Assembly (NCBI GenBank): GCA_014728035.1
Contig: WJMJ01000046.1
Location: 128,001 to 192,000 of the forward strand
DNA from: Promethearchaeota archaeon
GTDB taxonomy: Archaea > Asgardarchaeota > Thorarchaeia > Thorarchaeales > Thorarchaeaceae
DNA length: 64,000 nucleotides
Reading direction: 5' to 3'
Shown here piece after piece: positions 60,632-64,000 of this stretch. Under the pieces are notes generated by a model that had not been told where the DNA came from, made no database searches, and worked only from the letters and a program-made list of their open reading frames with translations. Within the stretch, counting starts at the first letter, position 1; each line of letters opens with the position of its first letter. Position numbers and translations under genes: made by a program.

Positions 60632-61843
60632 TCAAATTAATTGCTCTCCAATTAAAATTAGAGTGTCCATCAACTTATCGATATCAGTAATGGAATTATA
60701 ACAATGGAGGGAAATCTGAATAATCCCTTCAGGATTAAGTGATCTAATAAGTGGATGAGCACACAATAGACCACTACGAACATAGATGTTGGATTCATCC
60801 AGAAATAGAGCCACATCATGACAATTAATCGAGTTATCAGAACCAATGCTAAGACCAAATATTGTTCGTGTGTCATAATGGGAACCGTACATGTTCACAA
60901 TATCAGTTTCATCTATTCGATTGGTCAGGTGATTTCTCAAATGAGACATATGTTCAAAGAACCCATTCTTTCGGAGGAAATCAGAGTATTCTAGTCCAGC
61001 TCCAAGACCAATAATCCCTGGAACATTTAAGATTCCAGTTTCGAATTTGTCTGGTTGAAGTGCGACATCAAAAGAACCAAGTCTAACATCAGAAACACTA
61101 GAACCACCAAGAATACCGGGATATATTTCTCGGCCTAGCTCTGAATCTATGCATTGTATTACAACACCAGGAGGACCAAAGAAACCAATATTCCCAGAAA
61201 ACAAACAAATATCTGCACCAAACGAAGACAAGGGTTTTTTAGTAAAACCAATCGATTGGGTCAGGTCTGAAATCAGTACTGCATTGAAATCACGAGTCAT
61301 TCGTGATACCATATCAACAGGGTTGGGATTCCCAGTACCCAACATAACATGAGACAAAGCAACTATTCCAGTACTATCATCAATTTTCTCATATAATGAA
61401 TCTAATTCTATTTCTCCAAATTCATTTACGCGAACAAAATCAACTTCGAGCTTCAGTATTTTTGCCAGATGCATCAGTGGAACAGAAATCGAATTTTCTT
61501 CCCCTTCTGAAATAATGATTTTCTTCTTTCGATTTCCAATCCAATCAAATCCTAAGCAAAACGAAGTGATAGATGATGCAATGGAATTATTAAATGAAAT
61601 TCGGGATGAATCAATATCCAATAATTCAGCAAGTTTCATTCGAGTACTTTCAACTTGGTTCCCACCCTGTACAGCTAAAGAATAGGCTCCACGTCTAGTT
61701 GAAATTACGGTATTTTTTAGAAAGTTACTTACAGAATCAGCAACAATATCAGGAACCAAGGTAGTACTTGCTGAGTCAAAGAAGGCCAAAGATGGATTGT
61801 TACGTAATATCGAAAAATCGGATCGGATATCAAGCTCGCTCAT
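60632..61843 (-). CDS. SufS/cysteine-desulfurase-like class V PLP-fold protein lacking the PLP lysine
   Basis: IRSDF, FFDSAST, FETG, RSGLLCAHP present; the expected SGHK motif reads SGNI. Confidence 0.8.
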   Translation of the reverse strand: MSELDIRSDFSILRNNPSLAFFDSASTTLVPDIVADSVSNFLKNTVISTRRGAYSLAVQGGNQVESTRMKLAELLDIDSSRISFNNSIASSITSFCLGFDWIGNRKKKIIISEGEENSISVPLMHLAKILKLEVDFVRVNEFGEIELDSLYEKIDDSTGIVALSHVMLGTGNPNPVDMVSRMTRDFNAVLISDLTQSIGFTKKPLSSFGADICLFSGNIGFFGPPGVVIQCIDSELGREIYPGILGGSSVSDVRLGSFDVALQPDKFETGILNVPGIIGLGAGLEYSDFLRKNGFFEHMSHLRNHLTNRIDETDIVNMYGSHYDTRTIFGLSIGSDNSINCHDVALFLDESNIYVRSGLLCAHPLIRSLNPEGIIQISLHCYNSITDIDKLMDTLILIGEQLI

Positions 61844-61896
61844 AATACTGCACTCGTAAGTATGTTATTCGATTTCTTTTAATACAAATATATAAT

Positions 61897-62913
61897 TTGA
61901 TATTTCTGATTGTCTTGTTTAAGAATATAGTTGAAAGTTATTTAATAACAACAAAGGATAAACTAATTTTTGAAGTCAAAGGAGTTTTGCATCCTTCAGA
62001 ACGAATAATCGCATATCTGAGATATGTTCCAATAGACATAGGCAAAAACAAAGCTTCAACAACAAAATATAGAAAAATAGTTCACTTGCCAGAAAGAACA
62101 GCATTTTTGAAAAAGCACTACCCAGAATATATATGGTATCACAAAAAAACAAGAAGACAATACCAATCAGTACCATATGAATACATACAAGCTGTTCATA
62201 ATCCAAAAACATTTCTGAAACATCTTAGATTAAAACCATCAAGAAACAATACAGATGAAAAAATAGTTCAGCTAACGGATTTACTAGTTCATGTATCAGG
62301 GATAAATTATGAAGATATTGGCATAACTGGGTCTCATCTGGTGTATCTTTCAAATAATGAATCAGATATTGACCTCACGATATTTGGTAAAGAAGCATGT
62401 TTACAATTCTACAATTCAATTGATAAGATATTCACTTACGAGGATATTCAAGCTTATGAGGATAAAGCATTAGAACAACATGTCAAATTCAGATGGCCTA
62501 AACTAGAAAGATATCAAACAAAGCTTCAAGAAATTGAAAAACAAAAGAAACTCCAAGGGTTCTTCAAAGATAAAGAATTCTTTATCAGGTTGGTTATGAA
62601 TCCTGAAGATATACCATATCAATTTGATGATTTTGAGATCATCTCACTGGGAAGGATAGAAACAACATTACAAATTCAAGACCACCAGAAGGCAATATTC
62701 ACTCCAACAGAATACGAAATAGTACCAACAGAACCTGAAATTTCAAAGGTAATCAGTTATCGGAGTAGATTTTGTGAACAGGTAAGGAAGGGTCAGTATG
62801 TCAAAGCTTACGGAAGATTAGAAAGAGTATTGAATTTGGATAACAACATAACATCATACCAATTAGTTTTGGGAGAATCTAATGAAGATTACTTGATACC
62901 AATTGAAAAATAA
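61897..62913 (+). CDS. Predicted pol-beta-type nucleotidyltransferase (COG1665-like)
   Basis: AYLRYVP, IGITGS...SDIDL, C-terminal OB-like GRLE. Confidence 0.8.
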   Translation: MIFLIVLFKNIVESYLITTKDKLIFEVKGVLHPSERIIAYLRYVPIDIGKNKASTTKYRKIVHLPERTAFLKKHYPEYIWYHKKTRRQYQSVPYEYIQAVHNPKTFLKHLRLKPSRNNTDEKIVQLTDLLVHVSGINYEDIGITGSHLVYLSNNESDIDLTIFGKEACLQFYNSIDKIFTYEDIQAYEDKALEQHVKFRWPKLERYQTKLQEIEKQKKLQGFFKDKEFFIRLVMNPEDIPYQFDDFEIISLGRIETTLQIQDHQKAIFTPTEYEIVPTEPEISKVISYRSRFCEQVRKGQYVKAYGRLERVLNLDNNITSYQLVLGESNEDYLIPIEK

Positions 62914-62958
62914 CAGAAAACATCAATTCGCACCATTAACAAAGATTCACAAATCAAT

Positions 62959-63376
62959 ATTGTGAATGGCGCCTTATTTGTGAACCATCAAAAATAAAAA
63001 GACCCCATAACCCTCAAAAACTTATTTTCTGTAATTTAAAAGCCGGTTACCATTGTGAACAAAGACACCCCTTTGTTTCCAGTGGAAAAACGGTTAAAGA
63101 GATATGATACAGTGTATAATGTATTCACAAAATACATAATACTGTGAAGACCTAACAGAATGGAGAAAAGCATTATTATTGAAAATAGAGCAATATAAGA
63201 GCCCCATTATAAATATTAATGATTAATATCGCATATTTACTGATAAAAAGATAGAACTAGCCACAACATAGCTATGTACGAATTATCAGGCCAATACCCT
63301 CATACAGCGTATTGACATATTCACACTTATTAGCAAACAAATAGTAAGTCATTGTGAATGAAGAATTATTTGTGAA
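62959..63376 (+). repeat. Direct repeat ATTGTGAATG-N5-TTATTTGTGAA (62959-62984 and 63351-63376) plus scattered TGTGAA/TTCACA half-sites
   Basis: 21 of 21 non-spacer positions identical between the copies; 9 hexamer copies counted in about 430 bp. Confidence 0.85.
63068..63088 (-). promoter_or_regulatory. Origin recognition box (ORB) in an AT-rich intergenic region; candidate oriC
   Basis: Minus strand TTTCCACTGGAAACAAAGGGG: ORB dyad plus G-string. Confidence 0.75.
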
Positions 63377-63394
63377 TAGTGCTAGGTGAACTCT

Positions 63395-64000
63395 GTGACT
63401 GATGAAGGAAAAACAAATTATGTGTATGAATTTACCTATAATTCAGGTCCAGGTCTCAGAGAGATATTTCAATGTAAATATGTGCAACCAGATGAAGCTC
63501 TTAATAGATTTCGCAAAATACTTGCACTTACCGAAAAACCATTCGACTTCAAAATATCAATCTTTGATGAGTCTACAAGGGAAGAATCAAGCTTTCAGGT
63601 AAAAGGAAGTGTAGAAGAAATGTTTCAGAAATTCAAGGTATTTCTTGAAACAAGTACGGGATATGTATTTTCGGTAGTATCTACAGACGAGATGTATCAG
63701 GATATAGAAGTAGAAGAATATGATATAGATACCATGAGTAATTTTGATAAAATGCAAATGATAATCTATGCGTCTTTTAAACATGGAAAATTTTCATCTC
63801 TTGATGTTACAGAGATATATGAAGACACCTTCAAAGAGGACCTTCCAAAAAGTACTGCATCAACATACCTCAAAAGAATGTGGGAAGATGGTAAGGGACA
63901 TCTTGAACGTCACGGTAATCGAACAGGATACACATATCGCTTAAGAACAGAAATGCCTGAAGTTCAAAGAGAGGTAGATCGAGCAGATGAGATACTTGCA
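63395..64000 (+). CDS. Winged-helix protein, 3' truncated by the window end (not in the ORF track)
   Basis: GTG start after AGGTGA RBS; 202 open codons; C-terminal FSSLDVTEIYEDTFKEDLPKSTASTYLKRMWEDG...RHGNRTGYTYRL wHTH pattern. Confidence 0.8.
   Translation, partial: MTDEGKTNYVYEFTYNSGPGLREIFQCKYVQPDEALNRFRKILALTEKPFDFKISIFDESTREESSFQVKGSVEEMFQKFKVFLETSTGYVFSVVSTDEMYQDIEVEEYDIDTMSNFDKMQMIIYASFKHGKFSSLDVTEIYEDTFKEDLPKSTASTYLKRMWEDGKGHLERHGNRTGYTYRLRTEMPEVQREVDRADEILA

Noticed and set aside
62945-63376. CRISPR array
   Set aside because: Only two long repeat copies about 390 bp apart, irregular half-sites, no cas genes
63402-63784. Track ORFs 63402-63602 (+) and 63587-63784 (-)
   Set aside because: Off-frame or antisense to the longer RBS-preceded ORF starting at 63395

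Overview
Gene-dense archaeal chromosomal segment, most likely from an Asgard archaeon (inferred from Rpo8, a tandem-Roadblock/small-GTPase operon and TACK/Asgard-type gene clusters; Thorarchaeia is a guess). It is dominated by information-processing genes. Replication and repair: two cdc6/orc1, PolD DP1, intein-containing MCM, GINS, RFC-S/L, nurA-herA. Transcription: TFS, Rpo11, Rpo8, a TFB paralogue. RNA and translation: Csl4, KEOPS (Kae1/Bud32/Pcc1), r-proteins eS1/uS15/uS10, tRNA-modifying enzymes. Main observations: (1) four of five tRNA genes carry bulge-helix-bulge (BHB) introns at non-canonical positions (10/11, 43/44, 53/54 twice), and one tRNA has two introns; (2) a candidate replication origin at about 62.9-63.4 kb has a full ORB, a duplicated 26-bp bipartite repeat and an adjacent winged-helix gene missing from the ORF track; (3) a tandem-Roadblock + DENN-like + MglA-type GTPase operon; (4) a dispersed pilus/Ced-like DNA-transfer gene set downstream of a TFB paralogue; (5) several apparent pseudoenzymes. 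All calls are by eye from motifs; no searches were run.
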